The position numbers and the translations under genes were made by a program. 64,000 bases of DNA. Source: a bacterium (GTDB lineage: Bacteria > Patescibacteriota > Patescibacteriia > Patescibacteriales > UBA12465). Position 1 is the first letter of the stretch. Each line of letters starts with the position of its first letter. The DNA lies in the NCBI GenBank assembly GCA_035400585.1, contig DAOMZR010000001.1, positions 63,347-127,346 of the forward strand, written 5' to 3'. This document shows positions 35,885 to 45,352 of the stretch, piece by piece. The notes below the pieces were generated by a model. That model had not been told where the DNA came from and ran no database searches. It saw nothing but the letters and a program-made list of their open reading frames with translations.

Positions 35885-36045
35885 ATAGTTTGATTAAGGT
35901 TTATAAATTTTATATTTTCTTCTAAATATGAAGTAATTGTAGCATAAATTTAAAAATAATCAAGGGGATTTATTCTTTTTCAAAAATTGCTCCAACTTTT
36001 ATATTTTGTTATACTTAATTCAAAGTTTAATTTAAGATTATATTT

Positions 36046-36732
36046 ATGTCAATTACCATTCTTTCTATAGCAATTTTAATATTTTCCATCATAGTTCATG
36101 AAGTTTCTCATGCTTGGATGGCTGATAAACTAGGCGATTCAACTGCTAGAACTTTGGGTCGTTTAACCTTAAACCCGATTCCACACATTGATCTTTTTGG
36201 TTCAATTTTATTGCCATTATTTTTTGTCTTGAGCGGGTCAAATTTTTTATTAGCTTGGGCCAAGCCAGTTCCTTATAATCCTTATCTCATAAAAGACAAA
36301 AAGTTTGGTGATTTAAAGGTTGCTTTAGCTGGTCCTGGTTCTAATATTATTTTAGCTTTATTTTTTGGATTAATTGCTCGATTTATTCCTCTGGCAACTA
36401 ATTTAAAGCAATCGTTGACCGTTTCTTATTTTTCAGGTGATTCTAATTTTATTTTAAGCAATATGTCCGGTAATTTTTTGGTGGTTATTTTTGTAATGTC
36501 TATTATTTTTTGTTTTCTGAATTTATTATTAGCTTTTTTTAATTTAGTCCCAATTCCTCCACTAGATGGCTCTAAAATATTGGCCAATTTTTTACCAGCT
36601 AAAGCTAAAATGAAGTTTTTTCTGTTTGAAAGATATGGAATGTTTATTCTTTTATTTTTTTTAGTTCTAGGATTGTTTGAGCTTCTGTTTTATCCGCTAA
36701 TTTATTCTTTTTCTTTTATTATCGGTATCTAG
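36046..36732 (+). CDS. Site-2 protease family (peptidase M50) membrane metalloprotease
   Basis: HEVSHAWMADKLGD (HExxH), GRLTLNPIPHIDLFGS, and NLVPIPPLDGSK. Confidence 0.85.
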   Translation: MSITILSIAILIFSIIVHEVSHAWMADKLGDSTARTLGRLTLNPIPHIDLFGSILLPLFFVLSGSNFLLAWAKPVPYNPYLIKDKKFGDLKVALAGPGSNIILALFFGLIARFIPLATNLKQSLTVSYFSGDSNFILSNMSGNFLVVIFVMSIIFCFLNLLLAFFNLVPIPPLDGSKILANFLPAKAKMKFFLFERYGMFILLFFLVLGLFELLFYPLIYSFSFIIGI

Positions 36733-36735
36733 TTT

Positions 36736-38919
36736 ATGACTACAATTATTAAAAAATCAAATAAAAAAAAATTTCAGGCTTTTACTCTTATTGAACTTTT
36801 AGTTGTTATAGCCGTTGTTGCCATAATTGCTACTTTGGCTGTTATAGCCTTACAACAAGCCAGATCTCGTGCTCGTGATTCAAAACGCATAGCTGATGTT
36901 AAACAGGTTCAAACAGCTTTAGAATTATTTTTTAACGAGCAGGGAAGATACCCTACTGTGGATGAATGGAATAGCGGATCTTTAATTACTTCTACTAGTC
37001 AGATATTAATGCAAGACATCCCAGTTGCCCCATATCCAGCCGATGGCTCTTGTGATTCTAATCAAAATAATTTCTATTATGAGCCAAGCGAAGATTATTC
37101 TACTTACAGTCTTTCCTTTTGTTTGGGAAATGATGTTTCTGATTTATCTGAAGGGTTAAAATGTTTAACTCCCGGGGGAATATTAGATTATGATTGTTCG
37201 AGTGGTAGCTCTGGTGGGGAAGGTGAAATAAGTGGTAATATTTGTTATCCCGATTGTCAATCTGGCTATATTTGTCAAACCGGTTCCTGTGTAGTTGATG
37301 CCTTTGAATGTGGTCAGTCCGTCTCCTACAACGGCTATACCTATCCAACAGTAGCTATTGGTAGTCAATGTTGGTTCAAAGAAAACCTCAAAACCGATAA
37401 ATTCAAAAATGGTGATTCTATTCCTAGAATTACTGGAAGTTGGGGCGGAACAACAATTTCTCCTTGGATATCTTATCATAACAACTCAGCTTATTATCCA
37501 GTTTATGATTTTTATCCAGGCGTTGATTCTTACGGTTATGTTTATTCCTCTCATGCCGTAATTGATCCACGTGGTTTATGCCCAGAAGGTTGGAGGGTTG
37601 CTACTCAAAGTGATTTTACTACTCTACTATCTAGTATTGGAACATACAATGCTTACAACCTGCGATCTTGTCGCCAAGTTAGTTCTCCTTTGGGTGGTTC
37701 TTGTGCTACTACCGAACATCCTCGTTGGGGTTCTGATACGGTATATGGAACCGATGACTTAGGTTTTTCTCTTTTACCAGGTGGACATAAGTATTCGACT
37801 CAATGGCCCTATTTTGGAACTGGTTACTATATTTGGACCTCAACTCCTAATTCTTTAGGCACTAGTTTTTATGAAATATCAAATACTGGTGGCAGTACTA
37901 TTGGTACAGCTGGAACAACCATAATTGATTCTATTTATGGTCGCTATATTAGATGTGTTAAAAAAACTGATCTTTCGCCAAAAACTATTCCAACAGTTAC
38001 AACTTCTAGCGTTACTAATATTAGTTCTACCAAAATATCTTCTGGCGGAAATGTAACTGCTGATGGAGGCACTCCTGTTTTTACCAAAGGACTTGTTTGG
38101 AGTCAGGGAAACAATCCTTTAATTGGTGATGGTGCTTCTAAATTTTTAAATACCACTTCTACCGGTAGTTCTTTTAGTTTGGATGTTTTCTATGGACTTG
38201 AACCGGGCAAAACTTATTATATTAGAGCTTATGCTGTTAATGAGGTTGGTATAGCTTATGGTAATGTTGTTTCTTTCACTACCACTAACCCATGTTCTGG
38301 ACTATCTTCCGTCTCCTACAACGGCTATACCTATCCAACAGTAGCTATTGGTAGTCAATGTTGGTTCAAAGAAAACCTCAAAACCGATAAATTCAAAAAT
38401 GGTGATTCTATTCCTAGAATTACTGGAAGTTGGAGTGGAATTACTACGCCAGTCTATGATTTTTATCCAGGTGTTGATTCTTACGGCTATGTTTATTCAG
38501 CTAACACAGTGATTGATTCTCGTGGTTTATGCCCAGAAGGTTGGAGGGTTGCTACTCAAAGTGATTTTACTACTCTACTATCTAGTATTGGAACATACAA
38601 TGCTTACAACCTGCGATCTTGTCGCCAAGTTAGTTCTCCTTTGGGTGGTTCTTGTACTACTACCGAACATCCTCGTTGGAATTCTAATTCTAATTATGGA
38701 ACTGATGACTTAGGTTTTTCTCTTTTGCCGGGCGGTAATAAATATTCAACTACTTGGAATTATTTTTTGACTGGCTATTATGTTTGGACTTCAACACTTG
38801 ATGGACCTGGAACGAGTCTTTATTATTTTGTAAATACTGGCGGCAACTCTCTTGGTAGTCAAATGACAAATCTAACGTCGGTTTATGGTATGTATACTAG
38901 ATGTATTAAAAGTGATTAA
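36736..38919 (+). CDS. Type IV pilin-like module + FISUMP lectin-like domain + Ig-like spacer + second FISUMP domain
   Basis: Leader [15 protein letters not shown] then [17 protein letters not shown]. The 4-Cys linker is [17 protein letters not shown]. The block [33 protein letters not shown] ... [18 protein letters not shown] ... GFSLLPGG ... YYIWTST ... IRCVK occurs twice, which is the Fibrobacter succinogenes major paralogous domain pattern. Confidence 0.85.
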   Translation: MTTIIKKSNKKKFQAFTLIELLVVIAVVAIIATLAVIALQQARSRARDSKRIADVKQVQTALELFFNEQGRYPTVDEWNSGSLITSTSQILMQDIPVAPYPADGSCDSNQNNFYYEPSEDYSTYSLSFCLGNDVSDLSEGLKCLTPGGILDYDCSSGSSGGEGEISGNICYPDCQSGYICQTGSCVVDAFECGQSVSYNGYTYPTVAIGSQCWFKENLKTDKFKNGDSIPRITGSWGGTTISPWISYHNNSAYYPVYDFYPGVDSYGYVYSSHAVIDPRGLCPEGWRVATQSDFTTLLSSIGTYNAYNLRSCRQVSSPLGGSCATTEHPRWGSDTVYGTDDLGFSLLPGGHKYSTQWPYFGTGYYIWTSTPNSLGTSFYEISNTGGSTIGTAGTTIIDSIYGRYIRCVKKTDLSPKTIPTVTTSSVTNISSTKISSGGNVTADGGTPVFTKGLVWSQGNNPLIGDGASKFLNTTSTGSSFSLDVFYGLEPGKTYYIRAYAVNEVGIAYGNVVSFTTTNPCSGLSSVSYNGYTYPTVAIGSQCWFKENLKTDKFKNGDSIPRITGSWSGITTPVYDFYPGVDSYGYVYSANTVIDSRGLCPEGWRVATQSDFTTLLSSIGTYNAYNLRSCRQVSSPLGGSCTTTEHPRWNSNSNYGTDDLGFSLLPGGNKYSTTWNYFLTGYYVWTSTLDGPGTSLYYFVNTGGNSLGSQMTNLTSVYGMYTRCIKSD
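36778..37058 (+). repeat. 281-bp 5' cassette, 280/281 identical to 38975..39255 in the next gene
   Basis: Direct alignment of the two stretches shows a single mismatch (37020 C versus 39217 T). Identity ends abruptly after TGTGATTC. Confidence 0.9.
37318..37443 (+). repeat. 126-bp block identical to 38308..38433 within the same gene
   Basis: Both copies run from TCCGTCTCCTACAACGGCTATACC to ATTACTGGAAGTTGG. The flanks are diverged. Confidence 0.9.
37570..37728 (+). repeat. 159-bp block, 158/159 identical to 38521..38679 within the same gene
   Basis: Both copies run from CGTGGTTTATGCCCAGAAGG to CATCCTCGTTGG. The single difference is 37705 G versus 38656 A. Confidence 0.9.
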
Positions 38920-38944
38920 ATATATCATCTTATTAAAATTTAAT

Positions 38945-40834
38945 ATGATTGTTCAAAATAAAACAAACAAAAAAGCTTTTACTCTTATTGAACTTTTAGT
39001 TGTTATAGCCGTTGTTGCCATAATTGCTACTTTGGCTGTTATAGCCTTACAACAAGCCAGATCTCGTGCTCGTGATTCAAAACGCATAGCTGATGTTAAA
39101 CAGGTTCAAACAGCTTTAGAATTATTTTTTAACGAGCAGGGAAGATACCCTACTGTGGATGAATGGAATAGCGGATCTTTAATTACTTCTACTAGTCAGA
39201 TATTAATGCAAGACATTCCAGTTGCCCCATATCCAGCCGATGGCTCTTGTGATTCAACTACTAACAATTTTTATTACCAACCCAACGGAGATTATTCTAA
39301 TTATTCAATATCTTTTTGCTTGGGAAATGATATTTCCGGTTTGTCAGATGGTTTAAAATGTATGACACCCGGAGGAATTTTGGAAGAAGATTGTCTTCCA
39401 GAATCAGTCCAACCAGAAGTTGTTTGTGAACCTGCTTGTGGGGCAGGGTATGTTTGCAGCGAGGAAGCTGTTTGTGTTATAGACTTTGAAAATGATGGAC
39501 AGAATCTTATACATAATTGTGGTAACGAATCCGGTGTTACGCCCGGAACAACTTGTGGCGGTGGTGTTGTTTTTTATAATGGCACAGACATCTATTCCGG
39601 CGGAAATATCATTTTAATTGCAGCAGCTAAAAATGCTTGGTATGCCTGGAATAATAACAGTACTGATGATCCAGCCACAATTTGGGGTTGTTATAATACT
39701 CTAATAGGTGGTACTAGTCAGGAAATCGGTTCAGGTAAAAACAATACCAATTTAATAATTGTTAATTGTGCAGAATCGGGAGCTGCTAAAAAAGTTGATG
39801 AATATACCGATGGTTTTTATACTGATTGGTTTTTAGCTTCTTCCGAAGAAATGAAAAGATTTAGAAGTTATAGGGGCCAAGCTGACTTTGTCAGAAACAT
39901 GACCTGGACTTCTTCGGAGGTGTCTAATATTGGGGCCTATTCTGTTAGCATGAACGATGGTAGCGCATCTAATTACTCAAAATCCAATAATGTTTATTTT
40001 AGACCAGTAAGAATGATTAAATATAATCCAGGCGTTCCAAAATTAAATACAATTTCAGTTGAAAATATAACCGGAAATACAGCAACGATAAATGCAGAGA
40101 TAAGTAATGAGGGCAGCTCTAGTGTTATTGAAAGAGGTTTCGTTTGGAGTCTTAATCCTAATCCGACAACGAACAACAGTAAACTAGTTGTTGGTTCTGG
40201 TGTTGGACAATTTTCTGGCCAACTAACCGGTCTTAGCTCCGTTACTAAATATTACGTTAGAGCCTATGCAATAAATAGTAATGGTTTGGCTTACGGTGAT
40301 AGCATGTCTTTTACAACCGTTTATTCTGAATGTTTACCGAGTGCTTCTTTAGGAAGTGTTTGTGGCGGTGGTGTTGTTTTTTATAATGGCACAGACATCT
40401 ATTCCGGTGGAAATATCATTTTAATTGCAGCAGCTAAAAATGCTTGGTATGTTTGGAATAATAATAGTACCGATGACCCCACATCTATTTGGGGTTGTAA
40501 TTATAGCTTGATGGGTAGTGCCAACCAACAAATTGGTGCTGGCAAAAATAATACTGATTTAATAGTCGCTAATTGTGCCGAATCTGGGGCCGCTAAAAAA
40601 GTTAGTGAATATAATGATAATTTTTACACTGATTGGTTTTTAGCTTCGTCCCAAGAAGCTTTAGAATTTAGAAAGTATAGAGCCCAGGCTTCTTATGCTA
40701 GAAATTCTTTTTGGACATCATCAGAGGTTTCGGATAATGGCGCTTATAACCTAAGAATGGACAATTCGTCTCTTTCTAATCATTCAAAAAATAATCAAAA
40801 TAATTTTAGACCAATTAGATCAGTTAAATATTAA
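38945..40834 (+). CDS. Type IV pilin-like module + DUF1566-like domain + Ig-like spacer + second DUF1566-like domain
   Basis: The start was set at [11 protein letters not shown] followed by [17 protein letters not shown]; the track ORF starts 60 nt earlier, inside the previous gene. The linker is [18 protein letters not shown]. The block [10 protein letters not shown] ... IGSGKNNT ... [11 protein letters not shown] ... WTSSEV ... FRPVR occurs twice. Confidence 0.8.
   Translation: MIVQNKTNKKAFTLIELLVVIAVVAIIATLAVIALQQARSRARDSKRIADVKQVQTALELFFNEQGRYPTVDEWNSGSLITSTSQILMQDIPVAPYPADGSCDSTTNNFYYQPNGDYSNYSISFCLGNDISGLSDGLKCMTPGGILEEDCLPESVQPEVVCEPACGAGYVCSEEAVCVIDFENDGQNLIHNCGNESGVTPGTTCGGGVVFYNGTDIYSGGNIILIAAAKNAWYAWNNNSTDDPATIWGCYNTLIGGTSQEIGSGKNNTNLIIVNCAESGAAKKVDEYTDGFYTDWFLASSEEMKRFRSYRGQADFVRNMTWTSSEVSNIGAYSVSMNDGSASNYSKSNNVYFRPVRMIKYNPGVPKLNTISVENITGNTATINAEISNEGSSSVIERGFVWSLNPNPTTNNSKLVVGSGVGQFSGQLTGLSSVTKYYVRAYAINSNGLAYGDSMSFTTVYSECLPSASLGSVCGGGVVFYNGTDIYSGGNIILIAAAKNAWYVWNNNSTDDPTSIWGCNYSLMGSANQQIGAGKNNTDLIVANCAESGAAKKVSEYNDNFYTDWFLASSQEALEFRKYRAQASYARNSFWTSSEVSDNGAYNLRMDNSSLSNHSKNNQNNFRPIRSVKY
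38975..39255 (+). repeat. Partner copy of the 281-bp pilin 5' cassette (see 36778..37058)
   Basis: Same alignment as for 36778..37058. Confidence 0.9.
39554..39644 (+). repeat. 91-bp block, 90/91 identical to 40361..40451 within the same gene
   Basis: Both copies run from TGTGGCGGTGGTGTTGTTTTTTATAATGGCACAGAC to GCTTGGTATG, with one C/T difference. Confidence 0.85.
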
Positions 40835-40863
40835 TTATTATTATCAACTGAATAATTTTGCTC

Positions 40864-40892
40864 TTGACAATAATCCCAATTATCTATATAAT
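40864..40892 (+). promoter_or_regulatory. Consensus sigma70-type promoter (TTGACA -17- TATAAT) upstream of the infA / r-protein / rpoA block
   Basis: TTGACA at 40864-40869, an exact 17-nt spacer, and TATAAT at 40887-40892, about 100 nt before the infA ATG. Confidence 0.65.
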
Positions 40893-40996
40893 TTTATTAT
40901 AGAAAATATTTTTAAAATATTTGTTTTTTGTATTTTGTGAAATTGATATAAATTGCTTGATTTTATTGAGTAATTTCTATCGTTTTCTGTTTTTTG

Positions 40997-41236
40997 ATGG
41001 ACAACAAAGAGAATCAAATAATCGATTCAAAAGATTTTATTGAATTAAAGGGTGAAGTCGTTGAGCTTATGCCAGCTGCAACTTTTAAAGTTCAGTTGGA
41101 GAATGGTCATGAAATTTTAGCTCATTTATCGGGCAAGATGAGAATGAATAAAATTCGTCTTCTTCCTGGTGATAAGGTTAAAATCCAAATGAGTCCTTAT
41201 GATTTAAGCAAAGGAAGAATAATTTTCCGCCTTTAA
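40997..41236 (+). CDS. infA: Translation initiation factor IF-1
   Basis: [63 protein letters not shown]. The ATG at 40997 is preferred over the TTG at 40994. Confidence 0.9.
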   Translation: MDNKENQIIDSKDFIELKGEVVELMPAATFKVQLENGHEILAHLSGKMRMNKIRLLPGDKVKIQMSPYDLSKGRIIFRL

Positions 41237-41352
41237 TTCTCTTGTTTCAATGAATAGTTTATAAATTAAAGAACTGACATTTATCCTTAAATTTTTGTTT
41301 TATTGGACTTAATTCCGAAATAAAAATTTATAATGTTTAGTTAATATTAAAT

Positions 41353-41466
41353 ATGAAAGTTAGAGCTAGTGCTAAAAAGATATGTAAAGATTGCAAAATA
41401 GTTCGTCGCAAGGGACGAGTTTACGTTATTTGTAAAAATCCTAAACATAAACAACGTCAAGGTTAA
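41353..41466 (+). CDS. rpmJ: Ribosomal protein L36 (not in the ORF track; 37 aa)
   Basis: Manual translation gives [37 protein letters not shown]. The gene sits in the canonical position between infA and rpsM. Confidence 0.9.
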   Translation: MKVRASAKKICKDCKIVRRKGRVYVICKNPKHKQRQG

Positions 41467-41495
41467 TTAATTTTTTTAAATAACAAAATAAATTT

Positions 41496-41891
41496 ATGGC
41501 AGTAAGAATATCGGGAGTTACAATTCCAAATGATAAAAGAGTAGAGGTTGCTTTAACCTATATTTATGGTATTGGTCCTAAATTTTCTAAAGATATTTTA
41601 GAAATGGCCAAAGTTAATAAAGACACCAGAGTTAAAGATTTAAAAGAATCAGAAATTAATACTTTGAGAGATATTATTGAAAAAAAATATTTAACTGAAG
41701 GTGATTTACGCAGAGAAGTTGCTAGCAATATAAAAAGAGTTAAAGAAATTGGCGCTAGAAGAGGAATTTGTCATTCCAAGAATTTACCTGTTAGAGGACA
41801 AAGAACCAAAACAAACAGCAGAACTGTGAGAGGAAACAAGAGGGTAACCATGGGTTCTGGTAAGAGCAAGGCTGCTGCTCAAAAAACTTAA
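41496..41891 (+). CDS. rpsM: Ribosomal protein S13
   Basis: [27 protein letters not shown] ... [10 protein letters not shown]. Confidence 0.95.
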   Translation: MAVRISGVTIPNDKRVEVALTYIYGIGPKFSKDILEMAKVNKDTRVKDLKESEINTLRDIIEKKYLTEGDLRREVASNIKRVKEIGARRGICHSKNLPVRGQRTKTNSRTVRGNKRVTMGSGKSKAAAQKT

Positions 41892-41922
41892 TATAATATT
41901 AATTAAGATAAAAATATAAAAT

Positions 41923-42531
41923 ATGTCAGAAGAAAAAAAAGACAATAAATTAGAAGAAAAAGAATTAAAAGCTGATGTAGCAACTGATGAGGGTGCTTTA
42001 GCTGATGATTTTTCTGTTGGCGATTTAGATGATGATCTATTTTCTGATGGAGCCAGTAGTGAAGAAAAAAAAGATCAAACAGAAGATTTACCAGAAGAAA
42101 TAAAACAAAAATTGGAAAAAAATAAACAAGCCAGAAGTAAAAAGAAAATTATAAAAAAGAAAAAAAAGAAAGAAAGTGTTAAGGTTAAATCCGGTCATGC
42201 TTATATTAGTGCTACTTACAACAATACAATTCTTTCTTTAACTGATAAAACTGGAAATGTTATTTCTTGGGCTAGTGCTGGTATGGCCGGCTTTAAAGGT
42301 GCTAAAAAAGCTACTCCTTATGCTTCTCAAATTATAACCAAAATAGCTGTTATGAAAGCTAGAGAGGAATACGGCCTAGAAAGCGTGAAGGTTTTCGTAT
42401 CTGGCGTTGGTACTGGTCGTGAAGGTGCTATTAGAGCTCTTAATGCTAATGGTTTAGAAATAGAATCAATTAAAGATACTACCCCAGTTCCTCATAATGG
42501 ATGTCGACCTAAAAAACCTAGAAGAGTATAA
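41923..42531 (+). CDS. rpsK: Ribosomal protein S11 with an N-terminal acidic then basic extension of about 85 aa
   Basis: The core is [46 protein letters not shown] ... [12 protein letters not shown]. It is preceded by [16 protein letters not shown] and [12 protein letters not shown] low-complexity sequence. Confidence 0.9.
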   Translation: MSEEKKDNKLEEKELKADVATDEGALADDFSVGDLDDDLFSDGASSEEKKDQTEDLPEEIKQKLEKNKQARSKKKIIKKKKKKESVKVKSGHAYISATYNNTILSLTDKTGNVISWASAGMAGFKGAKKATPYASQIITKIAVMKAREEYGLESVKVFVSGVGTGREGAIRALNANGLEIESIKDTTPVPHNGCRPKKPRRV

Positions 42532-42552
42532 AATATTTAATTATCATATAAT

Positions 42553-43188
42553 ATGGGAAAAAATTTAGATGCAAAATGTAAGCAATGCCGACGTATCGGA
42601 GAAAAGCTTTTACTAAAAGGAGAAAGATGTTCTTCTGCTAAATGTGCCATGGTTAAAAGAAATTATCCTCCAGGATTTCACGGACCTAAAGGAAAAAAGA
42701 GATCTAGTGATTACGGTTTGCAATTAAACGAAAAACAAAAAGCTAGAAAATACTATGGTTTAAGTGAAAGCCAATTTAAAATATCTTTCGACAAAGTCCA
42801 GGCAAAAGGGGGCGATGTTGGTACTAATTTCTTGAAGTTTTTAGAAATGAGATTGGATAGTGTTATTTATAGAGCTGGTTTTGCTTCTTCTAGAACTCTA
42901 GCTAGACAATTAGTAAATCATGGACATTTTAAAGTTAATGATAGAAAGGTTAATGTTCCTTCTTATCAAGTTAAGATTGGTCAGGTGATAACAATTAGAA
43001 AAAGTTCTATGAATAATAGATATTTCAAAATGTTACCAGAGAAATTAAAGGGATTAGCATCTGAACAAAAAAGTTGGCTAGGAATAGAAGCTAAAGAATT
43101 GTCAATAAAAGTTTTACACGAACCAAGAAATCAAGACTTACCTTTAAATATCAAGACACACATGATTATTGAGTATTACTCAAAATAA
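42553..43188 (+). CDS. rpsD: Ribosomal protein S4 (Cys-cluster form)
   Basis: CKQCRRIGEKLLLKGERCSSAKC, YGLQLNEKQKARKYYG, RLDSVIYRAGFASSRTLARQLVNHGHFKVN. Confidence 0.95.
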   Translation: MGKNLDAKCKQCRRIGEKLLLKGERCSSAKCAMVKRNYPPGFHGPKGKKRSSDYGLQLNEKQKARKYYGLSESQFKISFDKVQAKGGDVGTNFLKFLEMRLDSVIYRAGFASSRTLARQLVNHGHFKVNDRKVNVPSYQVKIGQVITIRKSSMNNRYFKMLPEKLKGLASEQKSWLGIEAKELSIKVLHEPRNQDLPLNIKTHMIIEYYSK

Positions 43189-43218
43189 TATATAAATTAA
43201 ATAATTTACTCTATTTAT

Positions 43219-44016
43219 ATGGAAAAAATAGCCTTAGCTAAAAAAATAGAATTCAATCAGGATGCCAAATCTAATAATGGCTCAATTGTAGTTGAACCAC
43301 TTTATCCTGGATATGGTATGACTTTAGGCAATTCTTTGAGAAGGGTTTTATTGTCTTCTCTTTCTGGGGCTGCTGTTGTTGGTGTTAAGATAAAAGGGGT
43401 AAAACATGAATTCATGTCTCTTCCTGGAGTTAAGGAAGATGTTATTGATATTATTTTGAATTTAAAGCAGTTAAGATTGAAAATTTTTGCCGAAACAGAA
43501 GATGTCATAAAATTAGAAGTTAATGTTAAGGGTAAAAAACAAGTAACTGCAGCCGATATCGAAAAAAATAGCCAAGTAGAAATAGTTAGCAAGGACCTAG
43601 TTTTGGCTAATACAACCGAAGCTACATCTAATTTGAGTATGGAAATTTATGTTGCCAAGGGAAGGGGGTATTCTTTAGTTGAAAAGAATAAAAAAGATAG
43701 TAAAGAAATTGATTATATTGAAATTGATTCAATTTTTTCACCAATATTAGCTGTTAGTGCTAAGGTTGAAAATGTTCGTGTTGGTAAAATGACCAACTGG
43801 GATAAACTTGTTTTAGATGTTGAAACTGACGGAACATTGACCGTTAAAGATGCTTTTGAAAAATCAGTTAATATTTTAATAGAACAATTTAGCTCATTAA
43901 TTTCTCTTAATGAGGAAAAATCTGTTAAAAAAGAGGAAAAAGAAGAAAAAGAAGAAGATGGTGCTGAAACTAAAACCGAAAAGAAAGCTACAAAACAAAA
44001 AAAAGAAAAAAAATAA
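43219..44016 (+). CDS. rpoA: RNA polymerase alpha subunit, N-terminal domain only, with a K/E-rich tail
   Basis: PLYPGYGMTLGNSLRRVLLSSLSGAAVVGVKIKGVKHEF ... VENVRVGKMTNWDKLVLDVETDG. After about residue 228 only EEKSVKKEEKEEKEEDGAETKTEKKATKQKKEKK follows. Confidence 0.9.
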   Translation: MEKIALAKKIEFNQDAKSNNGSIVVEPLYPGYGMTLGNSLRRVLLSSLSGAAVVGVKIKGVKHEFMSLPGVKEDVIDIILNLKQLRLKIFAETEDVIKLEVNVKGKKQVTAADIEKNSQVEIVSKDLVLANTTEATSNLSMEIYVAKGRGYSLVEKNKKDSKEIDYIEIDSIFSPILAVSAKVENVRVGKMTNWDKLVLDVETDGTLTVKDAFEKSVNILIEQFSSLISLNEEKSVKKEEKEEKEEDGAETKTEKKATKQKKEKK

Positions 44017-44038
44017 TAAATAAAAATAATATTTTTAT

Positions 44039-44389
44039 ATGAGACACAGAAATAAAGTTAAGACTTTAGACAGAACTAAAGAAGCTCGGGGATTGATGCT
44101 TAGAAATTTAGTTTCAAGTATTATTATTCACGAAAAAGTTAAAACAACCAAGGCTAAGGCTAAAGTTGCTAAGTCTTTTATTGAAAAAACTATAACTATT
44201 GCTAAAAAAGGCGATTTAAGTTCTAGAAGAGCTTTGCTTAAAACATTGGTTCAGCCAAAAGCAGTTGAAAAAGCAATCTCCGTTTTAAGTGAAAAATACA
44301 AAGAGAAAAACGGTGGTTATGTTAGAATTATTAAACTTGGTAATCGTCAGGGTGATGGAGCTGAGATGGTTCAAATTGAATTAGTATAA
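44039..44389 (+). CDS. rplQ: Ribosomal protein L17
   Basis: MRHRNKVKTLDRTKEARGLMLRNLVSSIIIHEKVKTT ... GGYVRIIKLGNRQGDGAEM. Confidence 0.9.
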   Translation: MRHRNKVKTLDRTKEARGLMLRNLVSSIIIHEKVKTTKAKAKVAKSFIEKTITIAKKGDLSSRRALLKTLVQPKAVEKAISVLSEKYKEKNGGYVRIIKLGNRQGDGAEMVQIELV

Positions 44390-44409
44390 TTAATTTAAAG
44401 ATTTATAAT

Positions 44410-44766
44410 ATGAAAAATATTGAAAGAAAGCTACACAAAATAGATGCTGAGGGCCAAACCATCGGTAGATTGGCAACCAATATAGCCAATATTTTAAGAG
44501 GAAAAAATAAACCAGAATTTGAACCGCACTTAGATTTAGGCGATGTGGTTGAGGTTATTAATATTGGAAAAGTTAAATTTAGTGGAAAGAAATTAGATCA
44601 AAAGAAATATTTTAGTTATTCTGGATATCGCGGTGGTTTAAAAGAGAAAAAGATGAAAGACGTTTTTGATTCTAATCCAGCTGATGTTTTAAAAAGAGCT
44701 GTCAGGGAGATGTTAGCTCCAACAAAAATGAGAAATGATTTATTAAAGAGATTAATTATTAGATAA
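44410..44766 (+). CDS. rplM: Ribosomal protein L13 (short form)
   Basis: [41 protein letters not shown] ... YSGYRGGLK. Confidence 0.85.
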   Translation: MKNIERKLHKIDAEGQTIGRLATNIANILRGKNKPEFEPHLDLGDVVEVINIGKVKFSGKKLDQKKYFSYSGYRGGLKEKKMKDVFDSNPADVLKRAVREMLAPTKMRNDLLKRLIIR

Positions 44767-44776
44767 TATTTATAAT

Positions 44777-45298
44777 ATGAGCGAAACTAAAAAAACTTCT
44801 CAAAAGAAAGTTGTTAAAAAAGAGAGTGTTAAAAAGGTCAAAAAAACCAAGGAAACTGTTAAAGAAACATCAGTTGTTGAAAAAACACCAAGCAAAAAGA
44901 CTGTTTCTTCTGGTAAATATGTTAGAGCTATTGGTAGAAGAAAAACAGCTGTAGCTCAAATTAGACTTTACTATCCTGGTAAAGGCGATGTTGTTATAAA
45001 CGATAAAAAAGCTTCAGATTTTTTTTCAGAAGATAATTTGAATACCATTTTACAACCATTAAAAGTTTGTTCTAAGTTAAAAGATTTTGATTTTACTGTG
45101 ATTGTAAGAGGTGGTGGATCTTTTGGTCAAATAGAAGCTATTAGACATGGTGTTGCTAGGGCTCTATTAAAATATGATCCAGAATTAAAATCAATTTTAA
45201 AAATCAATGGTTATTTAACCAGAGATCCTCGTCAAAAAGAAAGAAAGAAACCTGGCCTTAAAAAAGCTCGTAAGGCTCCTCAATGGTCAAAACGTTAA
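44777..45298 (+). CDS. rpsI: Ribosomal protein S9 with a Lys-rich N-terminal extension of about 45 aa
   Basis: The core is [14 protein letters not shown] ... [19 protein letters not shown] ... [27 protein letters not shown]. Confidence 0.9.
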   Translation: MSETKKTSQKKVVKKESVKKVKKTKETVKETSVVEKTPSKKTVSSGKYVRAIGRRKTAVAQIRLYYPGKGDVVINDKKASDFFSEDNLNTILQPLKVCSKLKDFDFTVIVRGGGSFGQIEAIRHGVARALLKYDPELKSILKINGYLTRDPRQKERKKPGLKKARKAPQWSKR

Positions 45299-45315
45299 TA
45301 TTCTAAAATATAAAA

Positions 45316-45340
45316 TAAGGCGCCTTAGGCGCTTTATTTG
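45316..45340 (+). terminator. Hairpin terminator closing the r-protein block
   Basis: AAGGCGCC TTA GGCGCTTT stem (GC core plus A-T and G-T pairs), followed by ATTTGTTT. Confidence 0.6.
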
Positions 45341-45352
45341 TTTATATTGTTT

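Noticed and set aside
35583-35888. 101-aa plus-strand ORF opposite rpmB
   Set aside because: This is a Phe/Leu-rich shadow of the Lys-rich (AAA/AAG) L28 tail on the other strand. It has no independent support.
37100-37762. Short ORFs at 37100..37348(-), 37183..37479(-), 37358..37561(+), 37562..37762(+) and the twin at 38513..38713(+)
   Set aside because: All lie inside the long pilin-FISUMP ORF in other frames. The near-identical pair 37562 and 38513 simply reflects the internal DNA duplication.
38885-38944. Track start at 38885 for the DUF1566 pilin gene
   Set aside because: The extra 20 codons overlap the previous gene's end and would bury the basic prepilin leader. The ATG at 38945 gives [11 protein letters not shown]|FTLIELL, which parallels the other four family members.
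36736-40834. Diversity-generating retroelement (template/variable repeat) acting on the FISUMP and DUF1566 lectin heads
   Set aside because: These folds are classic DGR targets and the domain copies have hypervariable C-terminal thirds. However, no reverse transcriptase ORF is in the window. The differences between repeat copies include C/T, G/T and G/A changes and indels, rather than being confined to adenine positions of one copy.
41303-41334. Internal promoter between infA and rpmJ (TTGGAC ... TATAAT)
   Set aside because: The spacer is 20 nt, too long for a sigma70-type promoter. It is probably a chance match in AT-rich sequence.
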